A stretch of DNA of 63,240 nt, counting the filler, from Ministeria vibrans ATCC 50519 (lineage: Eukaryota; Protista; Filasterea), in NCBI GenBank assembly GCA_943704425.1. It is 7 parts of 7 records of this genome, joined end to end, with 100 filler letters (N's around TTAATTAATTAA, not from the genome) between each part and the next. Parts side by side here need not be neighbours in the genome. Positions count along the whole stretch, not along the records: positions 1 to 12,712 come from CALSCP010000481.1; 6 more parts are not named here. One strand, written 5' to 3'. Below are positions 1 to 11,703 of this stretch, one piece after another. The notes beneath the pieces are model-generated. The model was given only the letters and a program-made list of their open reading frames with translations. It ran no database searches and was not told the DNA's origin. A program made the translations under genes and the position numbers. Each line of letters opens with the position of its first letter. Position 1 is the stretch's first letter.

Positions 1-64
1 CCCCCCCCCGAACCGCCGCTGTTGTCCTTTAAGTCCCTTTCAACTCCCACGCCCGCGCCGCCGC

Positions 65-1620
65 ATGCCACTCTTCTTTCATTCTACGGTGAGAGGGGTG
101 TTCGTTTTGAAGTGAACGGCTGTCGATCAGTGCCAGAGAAAGGAATATAACACCGCACCGTTTTATTTTCTTTCTGCTTTCTTCTCACTCTAGGTGAATC
201 CTGCAGCGCCGTACCTTCGTATGGTGTCTCTCCAGAACCATTCACGTGTGGCGATCCGTCTTCGATGTAAGGATGCGCCCGACACCTTCCTACCGGAAGA
301 TGAGGTGTTGAAGCAGTTATTGCACACCATGATGCATATGCGATTCCTCCGCCACAACGTCCAATTCTACCGACTCTGTGAGAGTGCTTACGAGGATGCG
401 AGCGCGCTTGAAACGGCGGGCATCACTGCCCCATATAACATTGGGCGCCTCGTGGATGGCAAAGTTCAGCCGGCAAACCTTCCTGCGACGCCCGCTGCGT
501 CTGTGACTGAGGCTCAGAAGAAAGCCAAGGAACTTCTTCCAGATCTCACTAAGAAGCGGGTCGACAAGGACGACCGAGAATGGTACGCAGAGCTGCAGGA
601 GAACCATGAGGCGGGATTCTGCATCATCATCAACGAGGGCCGTGTTGTTGGGCGCAACAACTTTCCCGAGTATCCTCCCACGACTATTTTCAAGTTTTTT
701 TGCTCCATATGCTGCTACGCTCGCCCTTACATCAATTGGCGGTCCTTGCACTACGACGACAGTCGCTGTGTTATGTGCGACAGTCCCGTTTTGCCCTCTC
801 CCATCCCGGAGAATCTCTGGAAGTGTACTCGCTGTCAGTACTTCAACGACAGGCTTCAAACCACTTGTATTATCTGCCTGAAGAAACTCGTTGCCACGAC
901 CACCACCACTGCCATCACCACCACCACTGCTGCCGCCGCTGTAGCATCATCCTCCGCTCTCAGCATTGACAGCGAGTCAACTACTCCTACTACTTCTTCT
1001 ACCACTACGAGAACCTCTACCAACGAAAAGGGTGGTACCAGCCCAGCAGTAGCCACTGCAAAGCGCAAGCGAGCCTCTGCTGGTGGTGGTGGCGGTGTTG
1101 CACGCAAGCGACGGGCCATTGTGCCGAAAAAGAAGGCCCAGGCTGGTGCCCAGACGGACGAATCGGACGAGAACCATTGTACAGAGGCGCCTACTACTGC
1201 ACCGGTCAAGGCGCCGGTGCGCCGCGCCGCTGTGAGCTCGCCAACGGTCGCGGCTGAGAAAGATGAGGAGGAAGAGGAGGAGGAAGAGGAGGAGGATGAT
1301 GATGACGATGATGATGATGAAGAGGAGGAGTACGTTGGGGTGGCGAAGGGGCGCTCGAAGAAGGGTCAAGAAGGACAAGGTTCAATTTGCGGGCCCTCTG
1401 ACTTTGTGCACCCGCGGCCTTCGCGCTCGACTAAAAGTGAGACTGCCACCAAGATCAAGCTGCAGATGGTGTCGCAAGAGATGCAGGACAAAGATGAGAA
1501 GGAAGAAGATGAGCGACGTCGTGCGGACACGAGCGACGATGAGAGTGATAAGCGTGACAGTGACGGTGGCGCACACTTTCCCGTCATCGACATCAACGTC
1601 GCGGTTGGCAGCAAGCAAGC

Positions 1621-1657
<37 letters not shown>

Positions 1658-2365
1658 TACCAGGTGACGAGTGACGGGAGCATTTTCAGCACTGGCGGTT
1701 CTTCTTCCCCTGCGTCGTCGTCCGACAGCGACTGTGGACGCACGGAACCGGCGAGGAAGAAGGAGACGGCGCGGTCACGCAAGTTGAGCAAGGATGTGAA
1801 GGCAACGGCAGCATCAACGAAGGATACGGGGGCTAAGGGCAAGACGACGAGACCTGTCAAGACCAAGACAACTAAGGCCAGGACAAAGCGAACCACTGGA
1901 ACAGCGTCCGAGACGACGACCACGACTGACACGACGGAGATGACGACAAACACAACAAAGGAAGTGCAGAACTTCAAGGTTCATGATGGCACGACGACGA
2001 CGACGACGATGGACAAGGAAGTAACGAAGGAGGGGGCAGAAGCGACGGCGAATGCTGAGGGAGTGAAAAAGGAGGGGAAAGAGGAAAAGGATGCGACGAC
2101 GCTTTCAACTACACAAGACGCTGATGTTGGAGCTATCACGCCTGCTGATGTGACTGCGATCAAGGGACCGATGGCGATAGGCAGTGAGATGGATGGTTGT
2201 ACTGGAAGCGATGGGGAGGAGTCAATGGAGGTCGATGGTGCAAAGAGCGCTAGCAAGGTGGCGCAGGAGGAGCAACTGGACGACGGCGAAGACGATAATG
2301 ACAACCAGCCGCTTGCCATTGCTGATGCGGCTGCCACGGTTGCTGGAAATGGACACAGCGGGTGA
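65..2365 (+). CDS. RanBP2-type zinc-finger protein with a long acidic/Thr-rich disordered tail (2 exons: 65-88, 194-2365)
   Basis: ATG at 65 (MPLFFHST); GT-AG intron 89-193 joins in frame to the 723-aa ORF. WKCTRCQYFNDRLQTTCIIC fits W-x-C-x2-C-x3-N-x6-C-x2-C. A degenerate CxxC..CxxC precedes it. KRKR/RKRR NLS-like clusters and poly-D/E tracts follow. Confidence 0.7.
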
Positions 2366-2607
2366 TCACGCACAGCACTAGAGTGATGTTGTTTGTTTAT
2401 CCATCGATGTAGCTGATGAACGGGACTCTTTCACCAATGTGTTCTAATATAATTTGTGTAATTTAGTTTGCGACGATGAATAGAGCACCCTTTAGTCTTT
2501 AGTCCTTTACAGTTTTGAGTTTTTCACTGTTGAATGTTGATTGTGGAATGACTTGAAGAGCAGTTTGATCACTGCATTTAAATTTTACACTTTTTTTTTT
2601 TGAATTC

Positions 2608-2933
2608 ATGCGTGTCGCACCTTCGTTCATCTTGGGAGCTGTAGTTGGCACAACATTCTTCTTTGGCACCGTGCAGCAGACGATATGGGATCGGCGTCTG
2701 GCGCAAAGAGCAAAGTTGGATACCTTGATACACACGACGAACCGCGACCTGCTGTCGGCTGCACCCGGCACTGTACTGGTTCCCATGGTTATACTGACAA
2801 CGCTGACGCCCCGCCTGGGTTGTTCTTTGTTTAGACACAGGAAATGTCGCCCGCTACAGTCGAAGTGAAGGGTCTTTTCGCTTCATGGAATGAGACGGTC
2901 CGTGCCGTCGCGGCAACGCTCACTGGTCGCTAG
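2608..2933 (+). CDS. Small mitochondrial protein, MICOS Mic12/Mic13(QIL1)-like (2 exons)
   Basis: N-terminal hydrophobic segment with GxxxG (LGAVVG). A phase-0 intron at about 2788-2840 gives the C-terminal exon EMSPATVEVKGLFASWNETVRAVAATLTGR*, which has the WN motif typical of Mic12/Mic13. Confidence 0.55.
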
Positions 2934-3142
2934 CAGTAGTGCATTGCACATGCCGGACAGGCAGACAGGGAACCACTTTGAGAGAGAGAGAGAGAGACAG
3001 AGAGACAGAGAGAGACTGAGAGCTAAAGTGTAACATAACGTTTCATTTGATTCACATTCATTATTAATTCATCATACAAACGAGTGAAGATGTACGAGTG
3101 AAATAAGTCATCAATCAAGAAACAAAGCTGGATTGCTGATAG

Positions 3143-3409
3143 TTGGACCCAAGCGGGCTTCCATCACCTCCGTCGACAAGCAAGGGTAAATCGTTGGTTG
3201 CCAAGTCGTCAGTTCACAGACTCAGGCTGAGTCACTTCTATTACAACATTATGGACGACACGGGCCGTCTCTTCTTCGCCTTGCTCATCGGCCTTGTGGC
3301 GCTGTACGTTGCAGTCATGAAACCTCCAGGGCCCGTCAACAACGACCCCTTTCCCTGGGACAACTTCTTCGCCTTCTTCAAGAACATCGGCAGCAGCGAG
3401 AACGCATGA
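3143..3409 (+). CDS. Small single-pass membrane protein of unknown function; 5' exon structure uncertain
   Basis: GC-rich coding-like ORF with a TM segment LFFALLIGLVALYVAVM. Probable intron at about 3186-3219. Confidence 0.45.
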   Translation: MDPSGLPSPPSTSKGKSLVAKSSVHRLRLSHFYYNIMDDTGRLFFALLIGLVALYVAVMKPPGPVNNDPFPWDNFFAFFKNIGSSENA

Positions 3410-3659
3410 GCCCCATCACCCCCCCTCCCCCGCCCCCTACTCTAACATCCCTGTAATGTAATCACCGCATCTCCTTCCAACACCACCTATCCTCTCTGCT
3501 CTCTGCTCCTCTCTTTTTTTTTTTTATGCTCTTCACGTGAATAATTCTTCTTGCTTCATCGCTCACCCTTGAACAGCAGGCGTAGATCGTTGTATATTGT
3601 TGGATTGTACAGTTGGAGCGTGTGCGATCATTCTAACATCTGCCGAGAATCGCAGAGAT

Positions 3660-3694
<35 letters not shown>

Positions 3695-3717
3695 CTTATA
3701 ATTAGTATTATTATTTT

Positions 3718-6118
3718 TCAAACCTTGGAAGGCGACACACGTCGCAGTGCGACGTGGAGTCGACCGTGATCGACTCCGTCGAGCGGGATCGAGTAGTAGA
3801 CAGGCTCGCCATCGACAACGATGGAGTCGTCGACTTCCAAGTGTGCCACTCCAAGCGATTCGTTGCGCTTCATCGCATCAAAGTCTTTGACATGAAACGT
3901 CAGCTCATGGGCCCGCAGGGGCCGCACGTACACATGGAACTCCTCGCCCCACTCAGGGTTCAGTGTACGCAGACGGCGCGCTGTGTGATACACCTTGATG
4001 CCGTTGTGGCGCACCGTCACATACGGATCGGACAGGCCGTTGAGATCTTTCGACACAAGGTTGGTCCCCTTGACGATGGTGACGAGCAGCACGTCTTCAG
4101 TGCCGTCCGTAGAGACACCGCGATGAATCATGAGCGTTCCACTGCAAGACTTCTCCGGCGCGTTCTTGTCTACACACCAATGTCAATCCAACCGCGAGAC
4201 ACATCCCTCAACTGCCATCGATAAAAAAAAAAAAACAAACCTTTCTTGCCGAAGCGCTTGCGCACGCCCTGGAAAATGCTCGATCGTCCATGGCGATGAG
4301 CGACTTCGTGAGAGGGGAGGTCGGCAATGTCATCATGCTCGTCGACGGACGGGTCTGCCGTGGCGAGACCCCGCTCATCCTCTGTAGTTGCGCTGCTGGC
4401 TGCAGAGTCGGCAATGAATGGTGAGGCGGTGGCACTTCTCCTTGAGGAAGGGGACGTCTTGTTGTGGTTGTAGCGACGTGTTGGTGGGCTGAGAGCATCG
4501 CTCTTAGCGGCCATTGTATTCTTCAGGTAGTCAAGGTTGAGCGGCTTGAACGCAAATTTGAGGTTGAGCACAGCGTCGCCTCGCGCACCGCCAGCGACAC
4601 GGAAGGGGCGCAGTGGCACGTCACGGCTCTCTTGAAAGAGGTGCGACAGATTGACGCAAACCTCACCAATGAGATCGGCGACAAACGAGGCAGGGCTGCT
4701 GGCGTCCTTGATGGCAAAGCGCACCATCGTCCCGAAGAGTCGCGTGACGAGCACGTCGGCCGACTCGTCCCACACCGGTGTGGCACTCTTCACATTGGCA
4801 GTCTTGAGTACCTCTTCGTTGTCGCAACGCACGTTGACGCGCAACGCCGGTCGTGACTGTCCGAACATTCCGCGAAAGTCACCACTGGCAACCGTAACGC
4901 GTACAATACCGCCCAGACGCCCCGTCGCGAGCGAGCTGAGTACCGATGACGACGGTACGGGCGGTACAAGCTGGTCTGTATCGGAGTGGCGGGAGTCGGT
5001 GGTGGCGAGAGCCGCTGTTGAGGTCGTTGCATTGAGGCAGGCTGCGTTCGAGATGGTCGACTCGGAGGCGGCCAACTGCATTTCGCGTTGCTGTTCAACA
5101 AGATCGTCGGAGAGAAACGCATCGGGGATGCCTACGTTACTTGTAGGTACATACAGGTTGGCGGAGGAAGTAAAGTCGGCCGGATCGCCCACTTCACCCT
5201 GTGCGGCCTCGTCGAGCGACTGGAAGTGCAGCACGAGCCGCACGCGTACCGCCGTGTCCAACGTCACCCAGGCAGTACCGTCGGACTCGCACTCATCCCC
5301 TCCATTGCCACATTGACACTCGAGTGACATTTCAATCATCTGCAGACAAAAAAGAAATGAAAGAAAAATAATTGGGTTTAAAAAATTGAACCGGGGTCAA
5401 TAAGGAGGAAGACACAAGACCTGATCGACAGTGAGTTGGATGGAGCCAAGAAGTCGATCGGGGGACCATTGGTGGTGAGTGTAGCAGCGAATGTGAAGCA
5501 TATCTGAGTCTCGGTCACGCACAAGCATGTGGAAAACGTTGTCGGTGTCCCAGCCCGGATTGGGCGTCTTGCGCACGGGCGGTGTGTGGCGATTGCGGCG
5601 CCATGTAGCCCCGACGTGCACGGCGACGTAAATTTTATTGTCACGCTGAGGTACTTCGTCGGCCTCGACGACCTGCACGTTAACCATCGCAATCGCCTCC
5701 TTGTTGTTGCGTTGGCTCTCCGCCCGTGTCGTTGTTGTTATCGTCTGGTCTGAGACTGCGTCGAGTGACGTCGACGAACTGCATCCGACAGCTGAATTCT
5801 TCTTGGACAGTCCCGACAGGAGATTGGTAGCGGAGATTCCCTTGCGGCGCTGGGCTAGCAGCCTGTCGTCCTTTAGCAGAGCAGTAGCACCAGCAGCACC
5901 AGTCATGGTAGTATTTCCCGTAGATGTGTCAATGGGTGAGGTGACATTGTCGTCGGGTGATGCAGTGAGGTCGATGACGATGCTGTCGTACACAAGTGCG
6001 CGCGAGATGGCATCGTCCAGCGTGTCTGACAGCCACGTTGACAACATTGGCACCTACAAAAGAAAAAAGCGAAGGGTTAATATTATTTAAATTTTATTAC
6101 ATTTTTTATGATTCTTGG

Positions 6119-6205
<87 letters not shown>

Positions 6206-6237
6206 GACATTGAGTGCAGCTCTCGATTCTCTACTTA

Positions 6238-6313
<76 letters not shown>

Positions 6314-7188
6314 ATCTTACCGCCATGATGTCAACACTACTGAGGGGCTGAAGTTTAAAGTCGATTTTGGGTTCGGTGAGGAAACTGATGCGCACAGTGC
6401 GTAAAAATGGTGCGTTGTCTTGCAACGACAACGACAGATGTACTTGACCATCAATAAAAAAACGACCAACCTTAACTGGAATGGGGATGCCCTGAAATAT
6501 TGAAAGTAATTATGGAGAGAAAAAGGAAGAAGGAATGAAGAAGAATGAGAATGGTGTGTGTGAGAGAGACAGAGAGAGGGAATGGGTCAGGGAGTGTACT
6601 TGGAAGGTGAGTGAGACGCCCACTTCCGCATCGGGGGCACTCCACAGCACGTGTGCGTCCAACTCCATCATGTCACCCTCGCGACGGGCAGACATCTACG
6701 CAAAACATCATATTACACTGGAAAAAATACTATTATAAATAGTTTGTACCAATTTCAAAAGTGGATGGGAGTCACCGAGTGTAACGCGTTTCACACGACA
6801 CTTTGAAACGCTTGGTGGCATGCTGCTGCGCAGCGTACTTGTAAGTGTGTCGGCAATGATGCTCTCGAGCTTGGGCTGGTACGACGTAATGATCCAGCCA
6901 ATGAGCGCGTTGAACCAGATTACAGTTTCGCCGCCATTCGCATTTCGGTGGCGCGCGTTGAATTCGGCCATGGTGAGCGTTGTAGAAAGCCAGATCTTGA
7001 ATTGCTTGCGAGCCGAGTAGAGCATCCACGAGAGAACAACAAGCACAAAGGAGAAGCCCAGGTCAACTCGACCGGCAATGTACACAGCGAGAAGACATAA
7101 TGCACATCTGAAAACAAAAAGAGACTGAGTCTGATGTGCCTACTCTGTCACTCTGTCACTTTGTTTCTTTCTCAATCACTTTCTCTCT

Positions 7189-7259
<71 letters not shown>

Positions 7260-7752
7260 CTTCCCATAATTTGGTTTTCTTTCTCAATCACTTTCTCTCT
7301 ATATTGTTTCTCTCTCTCTCTCTCTATCACTTCCCATCACTTTGTTTTTCTTTCTATCACTTTGCTTCTCTAACACACTCTCTCAAACACACACACACAC
7401 TCTCTCTCTCTCAAGATAGTTTCGTCGTGAAAGGGTACTTGATGGTGAAGGCATGCAGCGAAATTTCGCGCGGACTCCCAAAGGTGTCTGGAGTCAAGTC
7501 GGTGTTGGAAGTGTCGGTTGTATGGACGGGAGTCTCCGTCACCACTTCGTGTGCGGCCCAGTGAATGCGACGGAGCTCCTCTTCCGTCATAGGCACAACC
7601 GAAGGGCGTGGCTTGGTACGACGCGGGGCCGTCGGTGACGGAGCACGGGCAGCAGTGGCGGCAGGGGCGGCAGGGACGGGAGGGGCAGCGGCGCATTGAA
7701 GGCTCGCCGTCGAACTCTCAGCGTGGAGCGTCTTACGATTCCACAAAGGCAT
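3718..7752 (-). CDS. Extended synaptotagmin / tricalbin-like ER-plasma-membrane tether (TM hairpin + SMP + three C2 domains), about 7 exons
   Basis: ATG at 7752 (MPLWNRK). Hydrophobic hairpin, then SMP start ETVIWFNALIGWI...RVTLGDSHP. C2 motifs KTPNPGWD, SATPVWDE and DLNGLSDPYV...TLNPEWGEEF...KDFD. The junctions I checked are canonical GT-AG. Confidence 0.88.
6121..6312. repeat. Two intronic (TAT)n microsatellites separated by a unique spacer of about 30 nt
   Basis: Directly visible. Confidence 0.95.
7194..7256. repeat. (CT)n microsatellite; similar tracts at about 32405-32476, 39902-40100, 49409-49488, 59829-59930, 60777-61020 and 62274-62364
   Basis: Directly visible. Several tracts abut assembly gaps. 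Confidence 0.95.
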
Positions 7753-7875
7753 GGTGTGACAGCTCAGTAAGAAACTGCCACTTTGCGTAAAGACTAAAGA
7801 ACAATGATGAATGAAATGACTAATCCAAGACAGTTCCAAGAAGACATTCGAATGATAATAATAATAATAATAATA

Positions 7876-7914
<39 letters not shown>

Positions 7915-7940
7915 ATACAGGACAAGTACAATGCAAAGAT

Positions 7941-10628
7941 TCAGACAAAGTCCCAGCGAGCAAGCCACTTGCGAGGACGCGTGAGATTGGGATGAAGAGG
8001 AAAGCCGTAGACGAGAAAGGCAAAGTGGAAGAAGGACCAGGCGACGGTGAGCAAAAGGAGTGTGAGCACAATGGTTTTGGTGCGGGTCCGGAAGCGCGCG
8101 ATGAAATGGTCAAAGACTGCACCCGTAATCATAATCGCAAACAAGTGCGCTGGAAGATAGTGGTGCAGAAAGAGCTGCAAGACAGAACGATAAGAAATAA
8201 TAATAATTATCTTCCTATGATGTACCTGTCGATCCATGAGGAAGAAAAAAGCATAGTGGAGAACATAGCCGAGGAGAAGGAGGTCGGCGATGAGAACAAA
8301 CTTGCGCCAGGCCTCGGCGTCCATGTCGCGGTAGTTGCGACGGCGACGAATAAGATAGATGACCGCAAGGGTGAGGTAGAGGAGGACAGCAGGGAAGCAG
8401 CCCCAGAAGATAAAGGGGTTGCCAAGAAGGTACACCTGCGAGTGCGTTGCGTGCTGCTGCCAGAAGGATATGCCTCGCAGAAGCACAGGCCAGGCCTCGG
8501 GACGTGACGCAAACACATGTGATGCGGTCAGGCGCTTGTTAGCCTCCCACGCAGCCACATTGACCTGCCAGGTGTCGCGTAGTCGGTCAAGCAACCCAGA
8601 CCGGTCTTTGGCGGCCGGGCGCGTCTCGACGCTCTCTTGTTTCGTCTGTTGATACTGATCGACCCGCCAGACGCTTCCGGCGGGAGGCGTCGTGGTATTT
8701 GCAGATTGCTGACATGTAACCTCGTACTGGTGCCAGCCCCACTGCGGCAGCATTGTCTTGTGCGAGAAAAGCGCGCACACGTTAGGTGCATCGGGCGAGT
8801 CGCGCACCAAACGGAAGCGCGAACGGCCCGCCACGAGACTTTGAGCGTCACGCGTGAGTTCAACAAAGCGCGGATTCGACGAGGCGTACTGTTTCTCGGC
8901 GGACTCGCGCAGGAGACGCTCCGAGTCGGACTCGGGCATGATCTCAACGGTCCACTGATGGCCGGGTCCCGCGGCGGCACTCACCTCAGAGTGCCGCTCG
9001 TCCTTGGTCATGGGTGCCGGGTAAGCGTGCGAGTAGAGAAATAGCTCGCTGCCCACGTGCTCGAGGGCAACACGATCGCCGTGGCGGAAATGCTCGCGTT
9101 GGGCAAGGACAGTCGGGTCGGCGTGACGCACAAAGAACCAGTTGTTGGCGTCCTTGTGCAGGTAGACGGTCACTTGTTGTTGTTGCGAGCCGTGTGGGTA
9201 CATATGCGGGTGCGAGTGAAGCAACCCGCCCGTTTCAAGGTGCTGGAAGCTCAGCTGAGCGCCGTGCGTTACGAGCGACGGCGCATTGGCAACGTTGACA
9301 ACCTGACGAAGACCCTGAGAAAACTCGGCACCCATAAAAGGGGTGCCGGGTCCCTGGGTGTTGAGAATGGCAAAGTGGATGTAAAAAAAGAGAAAGTAGC
9401 CAACAAATGGTAGGACAATGAGGCAGATGACCCGTGCGAGGAAGTGCTGCAACAACGCGGCCATGTCAAGGCGCAGATCGCCCACGAGACGCCACAGGTC
9501 GACGATGGTGTGGAGACCCACGAGTGCAATCACAAAAAGACCCACCCACTTGACACTGACAGCAAGCGATAATGAGGAGCCTGTAAGCACAAGCCACATC
9601 CACCACACGTTGGTGAAGGGACGGTGGCGCAGGTTGCGGAATTTGGCTTGGCAAAAGACAGCGAGGGAAATGAAAAGGAGCAGCATGGCGTCGAGAAGCA
9701 TGAAGCGACACTGCGTCACAAAGGCATTCTCAAAGAGACACAAACCGGCGGCAAGCAAAGCGCCGTGTATGGAGAAGCCGAATTCTAGCATGGTGAGGAA
9801 GGTGATGGGCACCAGGAGGGTGCCACAGAGGGCAGGCACTGCTCGCATGGCGACGTAGGGCACGGGGTTCGCGGCCCCCTTTACATAGTCCATGCCGATG
9901 GTTTTGAAGGTAAAGCTGCCGTCATAGCCAGCAAGATATCCTGCGAGTGCTAGCATAAGCTTCCCGACGGGCGGATGAACGTCGAAGAAGAAGGTTCGAC
10001 GCAGGTAGTGACTGGCAAAGCCGCCAAAGTGAACCTCGTCAAAGGCCACTTGGCGCGGTTCGTGCAGCCTGTAAAAGTGCACTATGGCACTGCACACTGT
10101 CAAAATGGTAGTGAAGATCCAACGTCGCTGCCACGGCGGCAGAGCCCCGAATCGTTTGCGCAGCGACGACGACGACGACAGCATTGTCGACGAGGCCTCC
10201 GCGCCCGTCCGCCCCAATCGAGACATGCCTGCTGGCACGCCGTGTTTGCTATGCTTTCCACTTGGATCATCGTCGCGATGGATTCCCGTCAGTGGCGCTC
10301 GACGACTCTGGTTAGATCGGACATTTCGCAGCGGATCAGGCGAGACAATCCACTGCAAAAACGAAAGGTTGGCACCATCATCAATCACCCAATCGTAGGA
10401 AGCAGCAGCAGCAGCAGAAGAAGAAGAAGAAGAAGAGGAATCACTTCGCATTACCATGTGAGTGGCGTCGTCCAGAAAGGAGGCGGGCGAGGCTGGCGCT
10501 TGAGCTGGCGCCTGCTGAGCCATCGGTGAGGTCGACATCATCACCTCATCCCCGTCGGCCTCTTCCATGACCGCACCCAGGTGGGGTGAAGGAGCAACAG
10601 CAGATTGCCGCTGTCGAACGGAGGCCAT
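7941..10628 (-). CDS. PMT1: Dolichyl-phosphate-mannose:protein O-mannosyltransferase (GT39), PMT1-like, with MIR domains
   Basis: FDEVHFGGFASHYL..FFFDVHPPVGK, KWVGLF, MIR motif LHSHPHMYPHGSQQQQVT, SRPEAWP, LFLHHYLP. The ORF includes an in-frame 51-nt intron (8175-8225). Confidence 0.93.
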   Translation of the reverse strand: MASVRQRQSAVAPSPHLGAVMEEADGDEVMMSTSPMAQQAPAQAPASPASFLDDATHMVMRSDSSSSSSSSAAAAASYDWVIDDGANLSFLQWIVSPDPLRNVRSNQSRRAPLTGIHRDDDPSGKHSKHGVPAGMSRLGRTGAEASSTMLSSSSSLRKRFGALPPWQRRWIFTTILTVCSAIVHFYRLHEPRQVAFDEVHFGGFASHYLRRTFFFDVHPPVGKLMLALAGYLAGYDGSFTFKTIGMDYVKGAANPVPYVAMRAVPALCGTLLVPITFLTMLEFGFSIHGALLAAGLCLFENAFVTQCRFMLLDAMLLLFISLAVFCQAKFRNLRHRPFTNVWWMWLVLTGSSLSLAVSVKWVGLFVIALVGLHTIVDLWRLVGDLRLDMAALLQHFLARVICLIVLPFVGYFLFFYIHFAILNTQGPGTPFMGAEFSQGLRQVVNVANAPSLVTHGAQLSFQHLETGGLLHSHPHMYPHGSQQQQVTVYLHKDANNWFFVRHADPTVLAQREHFRHGDRVALEHVGSELFLYSHAYPAPMTKDERHSEVSAAAGPGHQWTVEIMPESDSERLLRESAEKQYASSNPRFVELTRDAQSLVAGRSRFRLVRDSPDAPNVCALFSHKTMLPQWGWHQYEVTCQQSANTTTPPAGSVWRVDQYQQTKQESVETRPAAKDRSGLLDRLRDTWQVNVAAWEANKRLTASHVFASRPEAWPVLLRGISFWQQHATHSQVYLLGNPFIFWGCFPAVLLYLTLAVIYLIRRRRNYRDMDAEAWRKFVLIADLLLLGYVLHYAFFFLMDRQVHHRKIIIIISYRSVLQLFLHHYLPAHLFAIMITGAVFDHFIARFRTRTKTIVLTLLLLTVAWSFFHFAFLVYGFPLHPNLTRPRKWLARWDFV

Positions 10629-11703
10629 ACTCGAGAAAGAGTCAAAGAGTTTAGAGTGCTGAATGCTGTACGACTGATCATGTAAAGATGCAAACCCAAA
10701 AATTAAAAATAAAAAATAAAATTCAAACTTTTTTCGCTTCCGACAACGTCATCATCCCAGAGGGTAACAAAGAAACGCGAAAAAGTGACGACTTCTCGTC
10801 TGCATGCGGCCATCTCTGCTTCTGCGTTGCTGTAACGGGTGTATTCCGACCGTGTGGCCCAATGGCCCTGTGAAATGCATGCTGTTGAGGCAGAAGGAGC
10901 GACGCCTAAAAAAAAAAAAAAAAAAAAAGATTTGGAAAAAAAAAAGCGGTCGTTTGACGTTCAAACAGCGCTACGCAAAGCATAGCTTGCGCGTGTATCT
11001 GGATCTATGTGGAATCAGGCGTACGGTGGAGGAGGAGGCAGACTCGGGCAATGCCTCGCTGGCGTCCGGCGACAGCGCAGTCTGCGAATCTCTGACGCGG
11101 CCTTCAAACAATCGCAGCGGAGTGGCTGCTGAAGAATCCTTGCGTCCATGGGCTCCTAGCTCCCACGTGGTTGAGCTTTTAAGTGTTTCCGGCGGATGGC
11201 GTGGGCTGGAGTGCCTGCGAAGCGCATCTTTGGCGAGGTGTGGCCAGGCGCAGCCAGAAAACGGCTCGTTCCAATCCTCTTGCTGCTCCCTATGCCTGCC
11301 CACCTCTACGAGCATTCGTAATTACCAGTGAGTGTACACCGCTCGTTCCCCCGCTCTCCCCTCGCCTCCTCTCTTTTTTCTTTTTTCTTTTTTTTTTTTT
11401 TTTTTTTTTTTTGGTTTTTGCTGTCTGCAACCGCTGGCCACCGTCGCGGGTGGGCTTTCAGCGTGGTCTTCACGCGCCCCGCCTCATCTGTGTACACTGA
11501 CGAACTTTGTGTGTGTGTTGTCTGTTGCAGAAGTGTCGCTGTGGAAGAGAACCGCTGGACAATTACAAATCCCCTGTTGCCTCTCTTCACGCAACCCACT
11601 CTCTCTCTCTCTCTCTGTCTCCCTCTCTCTCTCTCTTCGTCGACCTTTAAGCGCGTGAGTGTGCTGCTTGGCTTGCGATACCTATAATTGATACAGCTCT
11701 AGC

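Noticed and set aside
6205-6237. Micro-exon between TAT tracts in E-Syt
   Set aside because: The flanking exons already join in frame (VDIMA|VPML), and the sequence recurs outside genes.
8175-8225. Novel insertion VHHRKIIIIISYRSVLQ in PMT
   Set aside because: It is a 51-nt GT-AG intron without a stop codon; removing it restores the conserved RQLFLHHY.
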